Positions 20,365 through 31,185 of a stretch of 64,000 nucleotides of DNA are shown one piece after another. Under the pieces are notes generated by a model. It saw only the letters and a program-made list of their open reading frames with translations. It made no database searches and was not told the DNA's origin. A program made the position numbers and the translations under genes. The stretch's first letter is position 1. Every line of letters starts with the position of its first letter. Origin of the DNA: Escherichia phage vB_EcoM_WL-3; the sequence record MT968995.1; one strand, 5' to 3'.

Positions 20365-21824
20365 AGACCAGTTACCTCATGAAAATCACCAAATACATCC
20401 TCGAATGTATTAGCTTTTGTTTTATCTTCACGCAAACGAATCGCAATTGGAAGAAATAATTTAACGTAATCAGTGCGACCATCAGATTTTAACCAACCGT
20501 TGCATTCGCACTCTAGAATTTTTCCAATATAATAATTTTGGTTTTCCATAATGCGAGTACGGTCAAGTTCATGTGATTTTACACCGGCTTTATCTTTTAA
20601 GCCTGAACCTGCATTTACTTTAATTTTTCCACACTCTGATTCAAGAATAAATCCACCCGCTTTAGTAGGGTCTTTACGGTGAGGATAAATTCCTACAATT
20701 TTTAAATCAACATCAATTACTTCTTTAAATTTATAGAGATTTTTTGAACGAGCATTTTCCCACAATCCATCGGTATTTTTGAGAATAATACCTTCAAGAC
20801 CCTGGTCAATATACTTTTTATAAATTACCTTAGCTTCATCTAGGTTATTTACTACCTGGTTTTCAATTAAAATTACTTTATCATATCCTGATGTCATTTG
20901 TTCTAGTTTAGAAAAACGTACATCATATTTTAAACGAAACGCCGGAAGACCGTATATTTCTACCAACGGGACATAATCCCAGACCTGAAACTTCATGCAT
21001 TTGGCTTCTTTTTCGGAAATGGTTCCTTTTAAGGATTTATTGGCGATTCCATTAGAAGCAGTACGAGATTCCGCTACTTCGGCGAATTCTTTAGCTTTAC
21101 TAATTTCAGGATAAGCATCAAAAAGAAAATCTAGGCCTTCTGGTTCCTTTTTAACTTGCTCATGGTATACCAATTCACCATCAATTAACACACCTTCTGG
21201 ATGAATCTGGCGGGCTTCAGCAGTCATTTTGATTAACTCTTCCTTAAGAAGATCTAATCCTAGATATTCATTACCAGCTCGTGATAAAAGACGAACATCA
21301 TCTAATTCATCACCTCGGACTTCAGCAAAACACCGAGCTCCATCTGCTTTTAACTGCGCAAAAGCTGGAAACTTGATATTCTTACTAATGCCTTTTTCAT
21401 CATAAGAACTTGCTAGCATTTGAGGTTGTTCAGGAATTAAACCTGGCCAAACTTTGTTTGCAATAGATACTGAAGCACCGCATTCAAGGTCTCGCATCAT
21501 AACTCGACGCAAAACTTCAACATCATCCTTTTTACCATCAGTGATATATCCAGTTAATTCCTCAATTGCAGCATTTCCAGTCAATTTCCGAGTAGCTAAC
21601 GTGAATTCAATGAAGTCAAGCATATCGGTAATAGTCAGCATTCCAAAACTCTGGGTAGCAATACCAGGTTTAGGCCATTTCTTGATATAATACTGTAACC
21701 CACGAGAATAAGTCAGACGATATACTCGTTTAAGCAATTCATTATTTTTATTCTTTTCAAGAATTGCTTGCTTCTGTTTAGTTGATCCAATAGATGCTAT
21801 TTCATTCAGAATTTTAAGAATCAT
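20361..21824 (-). CDS. 30: ATP-dependent DNA ligase gp30
   Basis: 487-aa ORF; KADGAR adenylation motif (lysine nucleotidyltransferase motif I). Confidence 0.95.
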   Translation of the reverse strand: MILKILNEIASIGSTKQKQAILEKNKNNELLKRVYRLTYSRGLQYYIKKWPKPGIATQSFGMLTITDMLDFIEFTLATRKLTGNAAIEELTGYITDGKKDDVEVLRRVMMRDLECGASVSIANKVWPGLIPEQPQMLASSYDEKGISKNIKFPAFAQLKADGARCFAEVRGDELDDVRLLSRAGNEYLGLDLLKEELIKMTAEARQIHPEGVLIDGELVYHEQVKKEPEGLDFLFDAYPEISKAKEFAEVAESRTASNGIANKSLKGTISEKEAKCMKFQVWDYVPLVEIYGLPAFRLKYDVRFSKLEQMTSGYDKVILIENQVVNNLDEAKVIYKKYIDQGLEGIILKNTDGLWENARSKNLYKFKEVIDVDLKIVGIYPHRKDPTKAGGFILESECGKIKVNAGSGLKDKAGVKSHELDRTRIMENQNYYIGKILECECNGWLKSDGRTDYVKLFLPIAIRLREDKTKANTFEDVFGDFHEVTGL

Positions 21825-22090
21825 TGTTCATCCTTCAGAGTTTGATTTACATCTCTATTATAAATCAATTCATCATTAAGCTCAGGCAAAGACTTATGAT
21901 ATGTCGTTCTAACTTTATTTCCTTGCATCCAGTGCTTGACGTAAATGAAACCTTGCTCTACACATTTTTTAAAAATTCGTTCATCCTTTTGAGCACGGAA
22001 CTCTGGATTGCATCTAAAAAATTGATTTACGTGACCATAATCACGTGTAGTATTACCTTCATTTTCATAAATAGTATGAACAACAAACAT
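21821..22090 (-). CDS. 30.1: Small protein (30.1 position)
   Basis: 89-aa ORF. Confidence 0.55.
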   Translation of the reverse strand: MFVVHTIYENEGNTTRDYGHVNQFFRCNPEFRAQKDERIFKKCVEQGFIYVKHWMQGNKVRTTYHKSLPELNDELIYNRDVNQTLKDEQ

Positions 22091-22929
22091 TAGAATGCTC
22101 CTTGAAAAATATTATCACCACTAGTAGGTCTATTATACAAATACTCTATGCCACCAGGTTTAATATAGTTCCATGTCTGAAACGGATGTGTCTGATATGG
22201 ATGATATGGATGATTATAAGGATTTAATCCAGGCGTTCTCCAGGTAGTGTTCCAAGGAAAAGAATCGTTTTTAACCATCTTCTCAATTAAATCTTTTATA
22301 GCTTTTTCACTATCAAAACTTTCTTTATTTTCCTTCGGCGAAAAAAGCTTATTTTCTACATCATTCCATGTATAAACTCGCTGCGCAGTTTTTGGAATAT
22401 TGTCACGCTCTCCTCGAGCCATCCAATAAACTGGAACATTTAATATTTCACTCGCATGATCGCAGTGATGAGCGAGATCGTCAATATAACAAATTACGTT
22501 ATATTTCTCTTTTGCCTTTTTGAACAGCTCTTCTTTTGAAGAATCATGACCACACATCATTACTTCTGAGAAGGCACCAGGAAAAAGAGCGTTCAAATTA
22601 AATTGACGATTCAACAGAGCGTCAATAGAATCACCCAATGCTGTAACAGCTACAAAATTATAATCTTCTTTTAATTTGTTAATTACACACAGGGCATCTT
22701 TATACGGAGACAAGTAACGAATAAAATCTGAACGATTGTATTTTTCAATTAACTTGACGCCAAGTTCTTCGTCACAATTAAAGAGTTTACCTGGAGAAAT
22801 AAATTTCTCATCTTGGATCATTTTTAAAATATGTTCTAATGGAAGATTATATTTCTGAGCAAAATAAGGAAGGCCTGATTGCCAGCTTAAACATACTCCA
22901 TCAATATCAGTCAAAATAGTTGGCTTCAT
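22090..22929 (-). CDS. 30.2: HAD-superfamily phosphatase-like protein (30.2 position)
   Basis: 279-aa ORF; N-terminal LTDIDGV (HAD motif I DxDG); Pro/Tyr-rich C-terminus. Confidence 0.6.
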   Translation of the reverse strand: MKPTILTDIDGVCLSWQSGLPYFAQKYNLPLEHILKMIQDEKFISPGKLFNCDEELGVKLIEKYNRSDFIRYLSPYKDALCVINKLKEDYNFVAVTALGDSIDALLNRQFNLNALFPGAFSEVMMCGHDSSKEELFKKAKEKYNVICYIDDLAHHCDHASEILNVPVYWMARGERDNIPKTAQRVYTWNDVENKLFSPKENKESFDSEKAIKDLIEKMVKNDSFPWNTTWRTPGLNPYNHPYHPYQTHPFQTWNYIKPGGIEYLYNRPTSGDNIFQGAF

Positions 22930-23390
22930 AGAGAGTCTCTTAATAGGTTTAACACATCAATAAATTCAGCTTCGGTTAGTATTGTATCATCTTTTGTTAG
23001 ACCACTAGCCATGCTGTGCTTCAAAACTTTTCCTTTCGAGGCTTGTAATGCATTGCGAAATCCCTTGTTTTGGATCGCTGCTTCAAAATATGCATTTGTG
23101 TATAATTCTTTCCATGCTTCGGAATATCTTGAAAACGGAGTTCCAAGCCAGAACAACGTGCCACGGTCCTGAGCTCTTGCATAAGACCTTCCAGCTTGTT
23201 GGGCGGCAAGCCCGGATAACCCAAATATACGACGTTGGTGTTCAACATTTTTCACCTTACACCCTTGGAGGAATCCTTCGAGACCTCCAAATTGAATACC
23301 ATCCATAACGAAAGGCCATTGGGCGAAATTACTTAATGCACATGATGGCCATTTAAAATTGCTTCTTATCTCTAGCTCAGACATTTTCAA
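22926..23390 (-). CDS. 30.3: NADAR (YbiA/DUF1768)-like protein (30.3 position)
   Basis: 154-aa ORF; SNFAQWPF...DG and EGFLQG segments resemble the YbiA/NADAR family signature. Confidence 0.55.
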   Translation of the reverse strand: MKMSELEIRSNFKWPSCALSNFAQWPFVMDGIQFGGLEGFLQGCKVKNVEHQRRIFGLSGLAAQQAGRSYARAQDRGTLFWLGTPFSRYSEAWKELYTNAYFEAAIQNKGFRNALQASKGKVLKHSMASGLTKDDTILTEAEFIDVLNLLRDSL

Positions 23391-23583
23391 TACTTATAAT
23401 TTCAACATCAGCCCAATGACCATAGCAAGGAAGACGAAATTCAACTGGCCAGTTAGGGTCCTTTTCTAATATAATAGACTGAACTTGTGGCTCTTCATAT
23501 TCATCGGTATACGGACCTTTATACGTTACTTTATATGTGACCTTAATGTACTGAATTCCAAAAATCTTATTAATTATATTCAT
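23377..23583 (-). CDS. 30.4: Small protein (30.4 position)
   Basis: 68-aa ORF. Confidence 0.5.
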   Translation of the reverse strand: MNIINKIFGIQYIKVTYKVTYKGPYTDEYEEPQVQSIILEKDPNWPVEFRLPCYGHWADVEIISIENV

Positions 23584-23777
23584 ACTAATTCCTTTAATCC
23601 GTAAATAGGAGATAATTCATCGCCCATACGAAGGTCTTCATTTCCATCTACCCAGGAAACAATATAAGCCTCTTTTATTTGAATACCACTCCATTTAAAT
23701 GGAGGTAGAACCTTAGAAATTAATCCAGGTATACCAACTCCCTTTAATTCAACAGTTTGACCCAAAAAGAATTTCAT
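23580..23777 (-). CDS. 30.5: Small protein (30.5 position)
   Basis: 65-aa ORF. Confidence 0.5.
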   Translation of the reverse strand: MKFFLGQTVELKGVGIPGLISKVLPPFKWSGIQIKEAYIVSWVDGNEDLRMGDELSPIYGLKELV

Positions 23778-24064
23778 TAGAACCTCATCTGAAAACCATG
23801 CGATTTAACATTACCACCACCAATGTCAGAAATATTAATTTCACGCGCAATTGAAGGGTCAATGTCAATTTCACGATTGAGTTTAATGATTGCTAGAGTA
23901 TCACGTCCATTTACAGTACGGAACTCTAAAGGACATACTACATTAACGTAGTTTTTAATCGATTCACTGGTAGGCTGCAAATGAGCAGGAATGTCTTTAG
24001 GCGCCTTAGAGAAAACCACTTCACAGAAATTTTTACGGGTATCAAAATAAGTAGTCATAAACAT
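23777..24064 (-). CDS. 30.6: Small protein (30.6 position)
   Basis: 95-aa ORF preceded by the hairpin-GAGGAAAAT-ATG motif. Confidence 0.55.
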   Translation of the reverse strand: MFMTTYFDTRKNFCEVVFSKAPKDIPAHLQPTSESIKNYVNVVCPLEFRTVNGRDTLAIIKLNREIDIDPSIAREINISDIGGGNVKSHGFQMRF

Positions 24065-24105
24065 AGTATTTTCCTCAGTAAGGGGCCGAAGCCCCTCATT
24101 TTATT

Positions 24106-24483
24106 TTAAATATCAAATTCGTTAAGAACTACATCAAAGATCGCTTCAAGATGCTCAGGTTTAGCTCTGTTACTCAGAATATGACGAATCCAAGTTTTAA
24201 CCAGAAGCTTACGATTGACGCCATTCCAGCAAGGATGAGTCCCTAAATCACGTTGACGGAAATCATCATCTAATGCGATTTTAAAAGAAGAACCTTCTTT
24301 CGTGATTGAAACCGTGATGCCATTTTCAAATCGCATATAAACGTAGTTAGGAGTCATATACTGTTCAATTTCGCATACTGATCCATTTTGATGTTTCCAA
24401 AGACAGATAGTATCAATAGAACCTGCAATACCGTTAGAAACATATTTACGTTCAAAGTTGATGTAGTTCATTTTATTCTCCAA
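24106..24483 (-). CDS. 30.7: Small protein (30.7 position)
   Basis: 125-aa ORF downstream of an early promoter with stem-loop at 24495-24536. Confidence 0.55.
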   Translation of the reverse strand: MENKMNYINFERKYVSNGIAGSIDTICLWKHQNGSVCEIEQYMTPNYVYMRFENGITVSITKEGSSFKIALDDDFRQRDLGTHPCWNGVNRKLLVKTWIRHILSNRAKPEHLEAIFDVVLNEFDI

Positions 24484-24538
24484 GATGTTTAATTGCGGTA
24501 CAGGTATATAATATCATATCCTGTACCAAAGTAAACAA

Positions 24539-24871
24539 TTATTTTACTACTTTCCAGTGCTGCATGTCAAGTTTACCAACTTTTTTCATCTTCTCAATTA
24601 AGCGTTCTGCACGTTGGCGAGCTGTAACATAATACCATTCACCTAATTCATTTTGTTCAATTTTTCCAACGATTACTGTATTCAATTCATAAATCCAACC
24701 AGTAAAGAAATTATGAACTTGAATTGTAAAGGTGAAATCTGTTCCCATACCTTCTGTTGTTTCTACTTCAATAATATCACCTTCAACTGCCATTAAGAAC
24801 CACATAGTTTCGTTATATTCACCATTGAAACATTTAGCTTTAACCGCAGCGTTCAGATTAATCGTTTTCAT
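24539..24871 (-). CDS. 30.8: Small protein (30.8 position)
   Basis: 110-aa ORF; early promoter (GTTTAC at 24923-24928) upstream. Confidence 0.55.
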   Translation of the reverse strand: MKTINLNAAVKAKCFNGEYNETMWFLMAVEGDIIEVETTEGMGTDFTFTIQVHNFFTGWIYELNTVIVGKIEQNELGEWYYVTARQRAERLIEKMKKVGKLDMQHWKVVK

Positions 24872-24981
24872 TTTATTCTCCTTTGTTTGTGTAAGATAAT
24901 ACTATCACAAAGGAACCATACTGTAAACAACTTTGTGCAATCTTTGGAAAATAAAAAAGGACTCCCGAAGGAGTCCTCAAC

Positions 24982-25158
24982 TTATGCTTTCTGCTTACCA
25001 AAACGAGAAGCATCATCTCGAAGAACCGCACGTGCTCGGCGCATGATCTTCTCAACAGTTTGATTGATACGAGAGTTCGACCCACGCTTGTAACCAGCGC
25101 GTTTAGAATCACCAACTTTCTTTTCAACTGCTTTCTTTGCTTTAGCTTGTTTTGCCAT
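24982..25158 (-). CDS. 30.9: Small basic Lys/Arg-rich protein (30.9 position)
   Basis: 58 aa from ATG 25158 (MAKQAKAKKAVEKK...); the ORF-track start at 25200 has no RBS. Confidence 0.45.
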   Translation of the reverse strand: MAKQAKAKKAVEKKVGDSKRAGYKRGSNSRINQTVEKIMRRARAVLRDDASRFGKQKA

Positions 25159-25352
25159 TATAAATTCTCTTTTAAATGAAAATGCAGGACTTATTGGCAT
25201 TGCCTGCGAAAGCCCTCAAGGGGTACTTAGGTTTTGAATATTTACCGGCAGGATAACCATAAACCTCGTCAACATTCAAGAGGTACACCGTAAAACAAAG
25301 TTCGACGGCTCCTCGATTTTAGCTCACACTAAGGCAGTGAATCTCCAATAAA

Positions 25353-25601
25353 TTACTTCAGTGTTACCACAAAGTGACGAACTGCTTTTCGTGCAGCAGA
25401 AGCCAGAGGCTTAGCATATTTAAGTTCATCTTTTTCCTGGAGCTCAGCAGCTAATGCAGTTTGAGCAGGATTCAGATGTTTGAAATAACGCAGGATTTCA
25501 AGGGCTTCGGCTTCAACATCAATAGATGCGCCATAGTTTTCGTGACCATTATTCCATGCGTTTCGTTGCAGTTCAAGAGCGTGTTGTAATTGTTTAATCA
25601 T
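25353..25601 (-). CDS. rIII: rIII lysis inhibition accessory protein
   Basis: 82-aa ORF between gene 30 module and gene 31; T4 size and position. Confidence 0.8.
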   Translation of the reverse strand: MIKQLQHALELQRNAWNNGHENYGASIDVEAEALEILRYFKHLNPAQTALAAELQEKDELKYAKPLASAARKAVRHFVVTLK

Positions 25602-25748
25602 TTAAAAATTCTCGTTAGAGATTAAAACTCGGTAGTCACGTTCTTCTGAATTTCATCTTCTTTCGACAGATCTCTCAGTTGTAGACTACCACATAGAATT
25701 GTTCGGTTAACTTATTATTCCGACACCCAATTCATATTATTATTTATA

Positions 25749-26084
25749 TCACTTATAAAGACACGGAATAGCTTTATAGTGACAAGTAACGAATTTTTGT
25801 TTAATTTCTTTTGGCTGCTTAAGACCCAGAGCTACAAAAGGATGCGGAACGTTTCGAATTTGACCAACTGGAAGAGAAGTCAAATCACCAACTTCGCAGA
25901 AACCTTCAGGAACATCAGGACCAACAGAGTGAACTACGCACAGTTCAGGAACTTCGCCTTGAACACGTTTACCGATAATAAGTCCTGATTCTGTAACTTC
26001 TTCATCACCGGCTTGTGCAGGTTCAGAAACTAAAATAACGTATTCACCGACAGCACGAATTGGTAGCTGTTGTACTTCAGACAT
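25749..26084 (-). CDS. 31: gp31 co-chaperonin (GroES analogue)
   Basis: 111-aa ORF; T4 size and position. Confidence 0.9.
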
Positions 26085-26114
26085 CGTTTTTCCTTTTTGT
26101 TAACAGATGAATTA

Positions 26115-26141
26115 ATAATAACAAATAATTCTTAAAGCATT
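26115..26141 (-). promoter_or_regulatory. MotA-dependent middle promoter for gene 31
   Basis: On the - strand: MotA box AATGCTTTA, about 12-nt spacer, TATTAT. Confidence 0.4.
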
Positions 26142-26449
26142 TATTTACCAATAAATTGAAGTAAATGCTCAACTTTCATGCCATTAACGGAAATCAATTT
26201 GTCAATAGAAAAACCTCGCCATGCACCAAGCTCAACATCAAATACTGGAATCATATCAGTAGATTCTTTCCGAGTAGATTCAGTCAATTTACCGGTTTGC
26301 ATGGTTGGCATAAAGTCTGCATCACGAGTACCTTTCATAGTACGAATAGTACCATCAGACTTTTCAAAAACCACGTTTGAAATACCCATGGACAATTTAG
26401 TTTTCAAAATTTCACGAATTGCTACTTTTTGCTCAGTCGTCAGTTTCAT
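26141..26449 (-). CDS. 31.1: Small protein (31.1 position)
   Basis: 102-aa ORF. Confidence 0.55.
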   Translation of the reverse strand: MKLTTEQKVAIREILKTKLSMGISNVVFEKSDGTIRTMKGTRDADFMPTMQTGKLTESTRKESTDMIPVFDVELGAWRGFSIDKLISVNGMKVEHLLQFIGK

Positions 26450-26686
26450 TTATTTACCTATCACAGTTTTAATATGGGTTGTTCCACGTTCTTTAAGAGT
26501 GGAAAGCAATTTTTGGCATTTTTCTAAATCAGATTTCCAACTATACGGTCTATCAATACAAACCCATTCTGACTTATAATACTGCTTCCATTTAGAGAAA
26601 AAATATTTCTTATACTCTACAGCAAATGAAATGTTCTCGTTAGAATAAGAACTAATTGCTGTGAGTTGTACCAAACGAAATTTCAT
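26450..26686 (-). CDS. 31.2: Small protein (31.2 position)
   Basis: 78-aa ORF. Confidence 0.5.
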   Translation of the reverse strand: MKFRLVQLTAISSYSNENISFAVEYKKYFFSKWKQYYKSEWVCIDRPYSWKSDLEKCQKLLSTLKERGTTHIKTVIGK

Positions 26687-27267
26687 TATTCACCACAGAA
26701 TTCGTTGATATTTTCCCAATTTAACTTATTCAAGTTTTTCTTAGGAACATTAAACACTTCAATACCCGCATTTCGCAGAATATCATCCCAGCCAGGTTTA
26801 TTTTTATCGTATGTTTCGCAATAAACCAGCTTTTTAATACCAGATTGAGCTATCGCTTTTGCGCAATCTGGGCAAGGAGAAAGTGTTACATACATAGTAG
26901 CACCTTCAATTGAAGAACCGTTTCGTGCAGCAAACAAAATCGCATTTAGTTCAGCGTGAATTTCATTTTTAGACGACCATTCAGAGTGCGCGCTACGGTG
27001 TTCTTTCGCCAAGACAAAACGATCAGTTGAACCAAATGATACACATTCAGGCTTATGACCTTGAATGATAGTATGTTTAGGCTTATTCAGCAACCAACCT
27101 TGCTCAGCAGCATAATCACAGCAGTTCACACCACCTGCAGGTGAACCATTATATCCAGTAGAAATAATACGTCCATTCTTTTCAATTACTGCTCCTACTT
27201 TCCAGGAGCAACATTTTGATTCTTGTGATACTAAATATGCAATTTGAAGTACTGTACTCGCTTTCAT
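26686..27267 (-). CDS. cd: dCMP deaminase
   Basis: 193-aa ORF; zinc-binding HAELNAI and PCPDC motifs of cytidine/dCMP deaminases. Confidence 0.9.
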   Translation of the reverse strand: MKASTVLQIAYLVSQESKCCSWKVGAVIEKNGRIISTGYNGSPAGGVNCCDYAAEQGWLLNKPKHTIIQGHKPECVSFGSTDRFVLAKEHRSAHSEWSSKNEIHAELNAILFAARNGSSIEGATMYVTLSPCPDCAKAIAQSGIKKLVYCETYDKNKPGWDDILRNAGIEVFNVPKKNLNKLNWENINEFCGE

Positions 27268-27602
27268 TTCATAATCACCAGATAAGCAGATTTAGCAGTT
27301 TCAACACGATAAATTTCGTGACGAAGTTTAGTTATACTTTTAATAACAGAACTAATTATATTCTGCCCATCTTTAAAGCGGTTTTTCTTATCAATAAAAA
27401 TTGCACCAGCCATCTTTTTGTGAAGCTCAACTGGATACTTCGTCACAATAATAGCATCATACACAGAAGGATGAATACTATTCACTAGAGTATCGTTCAT
27501 TAAAGTTATTCTAATGAACTGTGCTGTTTCAGAGTCAAGCGCTCTATGATCGCCAGTATCATTTTCAAGACAATTATCAATTATATCAGTTAAATTCATC
27601 AT
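27264..27602 (-). CDS. cd.1: Small protein (cd.1 position)
   Basis: 112-aa ORF. Confidence 0.5.
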   Translation of the reverse strand: MMNLTDIIDNCLENDTGDHRALDSETAQFIRITLMNDTLVNSIHPSVYDAIIVTKYPVELHKKMAGAIFIDKKNRFKDGQNIISSVIKSITKLRHEIYRVETAKSAYLVIMK

Positions 27603-27835
27603 AGTACGCCATACACCCTTTGTGCTTCAACTAATCCATCAAAATCCAATTTGAGATGTGTTATTTGGTCACCATCACCTGGATTCACAATTACTAATAC
27701 CGAACGAGGAGTTTCGGTAATAACACGAACCGACGTTTCAGGAAATCGTTCAGAAACCTTATTTACCAATTCTTGAGCAAATAGTTTAACTTTTTCTTGG
27801 AATTCTTTAACAGTAATTGGTTTTTCGCTTAGCAT
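27599..27835 (-). CDS. cd.2: Small protein (cd.2 position)
   Basis: 78-aa ORF. Confidence 0.5.
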   Translation of the reverse strand: MLSEKPITVKEFQEKVKLFAQELVNKVSERFPETSVRVITETPRSVLVIVNPGDGDQITHLKLDFDGLVEAQRVYGVL

Positions 27836-28356
27836 GTTGATCCTAGCTCCTTACTTTCAACATTTTTAACTAATTTGACAGAAACTAATTCAGCATCTTG
27901 GGTAATCATTACCGGACCTTCTTCATGCTCTTCAAGATATTCTAGAGCTTTCTTTTTAGCTTCTTCCTTCGTATCAGTTTGAGCATAGATATAGAACATA
28001 CAACCAGTAATACCTACTACTTTCCACTTAATTTCTTTATCAGTTTTAATTTCAAATTTACTTACAGAATCATCTTTTTGAACTTCTTCGAAAAAAGAAT
28101 ATTCTAACATATAAGCAATTGAAAATAACGGGCTAACTTTATAGGATTCACCCATTACATCAACAGCTTTATACCAACAATCATCAATTTCACGTTTAAT
28201 GCTAATAACATTTTTCGCAGGATCTATTTTTACTTTAAATGAATTTTCCCCAATAAACTGGGCAATTCGTTTATTAGCCCCGCAAGTTTCATTAAAAATA
28301 TCTTTATACCCAGTTTTAAAGCGATAAACCTTATCTTCTTCAAACCATTCGCTCAT
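27829..28356 (-). CDS. cd.3: Protein (cd.3 position)
   Basis: 175-aa ORF; early promoter with stem-loop upstream (28377-28416). Confidence 0.55.
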   Translation of the reverse strand: MSEWFEEDKVYRFKTGYKDIFNETCGANKRIAQFIGENSFKVKIDPAKNVISIKREIDDCWYKAVDVMGESYKVSPLFSIAYMLEYSFFEEVQKDDSVSKFEIKTDKEIKWKVVGITGCMFYIYAQTDTKEEAKKKALEYLEEHEEGPVMITQDAELVSVKLVKNVESKELGSTC

Positions 28357-28417
28357 TTCAATTTCCTCGTTTGTTTTGGTAGAGCTATAATATCACAACT
28401 CTACCGTAAAGTAAACT

Positions 28418-28693
28418 TTAAATTGCTTTGAATTCTGATGTCTGTGATTCAAAGCGAATATCGCCTTTGATGACTAGCTCAGCATCAAGACCGAATACGA
28501 CAATGATATGCGCGGAACCTGGATACAACGTGATGGCAACAGAATCCACCTGGTCTGGAAGCAAAGTGTTCAATACATGAGTCACTTGAGCATGGATTCG
28601 AAGCTCAGCTGCGTTATCAAGTTTTTCAAACATATTATTAGCGATAATTTGGCTAAACACTACTTCTACGATTTTAGAGTAAGTCGGAAACAT
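28418..28693 (-). CDS. Small hypothetical protein
   Basis: 91-aa ORF. Confidence 0.45.
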   Translation of the reverse strand: MFPTYSKIVEVVFSQIIANNMFEKLDNAAELRIHAQVTHVLNTLLPDQVDSVAITLYPGSAHIIVVFGLDAELVIKGDIRFESQTSEFKAI

Positions 28694-28695
28694 AT

Positions 28696-28888
28696 TTACC
28701 TCACATAATTTTCTTCAAGCCAATCAATAACATCCAAAGCGTTATCAAAAGTTGCGCCATCTACTTTGTCTTCTGTTTCATAATCAAGAACATCTAGGCC
28801 TACTCTTCCGTCAACAATAGGCCATAGACAAAATAGATATTTCTTTTCTTTTTCAATTTTATCACAAAGACGATAAATCTTTTCTAGG

Positions 28889-28896
<8 letters not shown>
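28696..28896 (-). CDS. Small hypothetical protein
   Basis: 66-aa ORF. Confidence 0.45.
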
Positions 28897-30311
<1,415 letters not shown>

Positions 30312-30314
30312 TTA

Positions 30315-30545
30315 TTATTTCTCAACCAATGATTGAATATAATCATGTAGGTCTTTAGATGCTTTACCCCACTTATTTTGGTATTCATTTTTAAGATTAG
30401 CACGTGATTGAGCTAATAAAACATCATTAGTTGGAGGTAAAGATTCTAACCGCTGAATCTGGCGTCCGTAAATCATTGCAGCTATCTCGGATTCATAAAT
30501 CAATCCTTTGAGATGTTCAAATTGATGCCATGAAATCATTTGCAT
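30315..30545 (-). CDS. Small protein
   Basis: 76-aa ORF. Confidence 0.45.
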   Translation of the reverse strand: MQMISWHQFEHLKGLIYESEIAAMIYGRQIQRLESLPPTNDVLLAQSRANLKNEYQNKWGKASKDLHDYIQSLVEK

Positions 30546-30835
30546 TTATCCTCTTTTAACTCTTGACGATAATAACATATCATAGTTTTCTGATCATGTA
30601 CATATCGTTTTACATCATTGAGCCAAATACGAAATTCCTGGGAATCTTCGAATGGCATACCGACCCAAGCTTTACCATCAATAACTTTAACTTGCCAAAA
30701 TAGTTTAGCTTCATCGTATGACTTTATCTGTACAGGCCAATTAGGATGAACTGTTTCTTTCTTTACTTCTAGAGGCTTTGTCGAACAACCAGCTAGAAGA
30801 CCGATAGATAATATTACTGCTGATAGTCTAATCAT
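30536..30835 (-). CDS. Outer-membrane lipoprotein, probable o-spanin (Rz1 equivalent)
   Basis: 99-aa ORF; signal peptide with lipobox LLAGC; directly downstream of and overlapping the i-spanin candidate. Confidence 0.6.
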   Translation of the reverse strand: MIRLSAVILSIGLLAGCSTKPLEVKKETVHPNWPVQIKSYDEAKLFWQVKVIDGKAWVGMPFEDSQEFRIWLNDVKRYVHDQKTMICYYRQELKEDKCK

Positions 30836-31185
30836 TTAGAAAGGTCCTGGATGTCTTCTGCGAACTTGTTGAAGGAGTTGTTGATTTGTTTTTCAACCAA
30901 TCCTGGCTTACGAGCCACCACATCCGCCTTCTTTGCATCTTTGCGCAGTTTTTCATTTTCACGCTCAATAGCAGCAATCGCCTCACGATTTTTATTATTC
31001 ATCGCATCAATATAATTATACTGAATTCGCAAATTATTTAATGCTAAGGCGTTTTCATTGGCCGTTTTTGTAATTTCTACAACAGACGTTTCTAATCTTT
31101 CAATTTTATTTTTTAAAATTAAAGAAGTTCCGCCTAATGCAATTACAATTAATAGCAAACCTGCTGTCGTATTACTTAATTGCAT
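30832..31185 (-). CDS. Membrane-anchored coiled-coil protein, probable i-spanin (Rz equivalent)
   Basis: 117-aa ORF; N-terminal transmembrane segment LLLIVIALGGTSLIL then coiled-coil region. Confidence 0.6.
   Translation of the reverse strand: MQLSNTTAGLLLIVIALGGTSLILKNKIERLETSVVEITKTANENALALNNLRIQYNYIDAMNNKNREAIAAIERENEKLRKDAKKADVVARKPGLVEKQINNSFNKFAEDIQDLSK

Noticed and set aside
30536-30835. Lipoprotein ORF as a possible superinfection-exclusion or receptor-blocking factor
   Set aside because: It lies immediately downstream of, and overlaps, a membrane-anchored coiled-coil ORF. This is the classic i-spanin/o-spanin (Rz/Rz1-like) arrangement reported for T4-type phages in this region, so a lysis role explains it.
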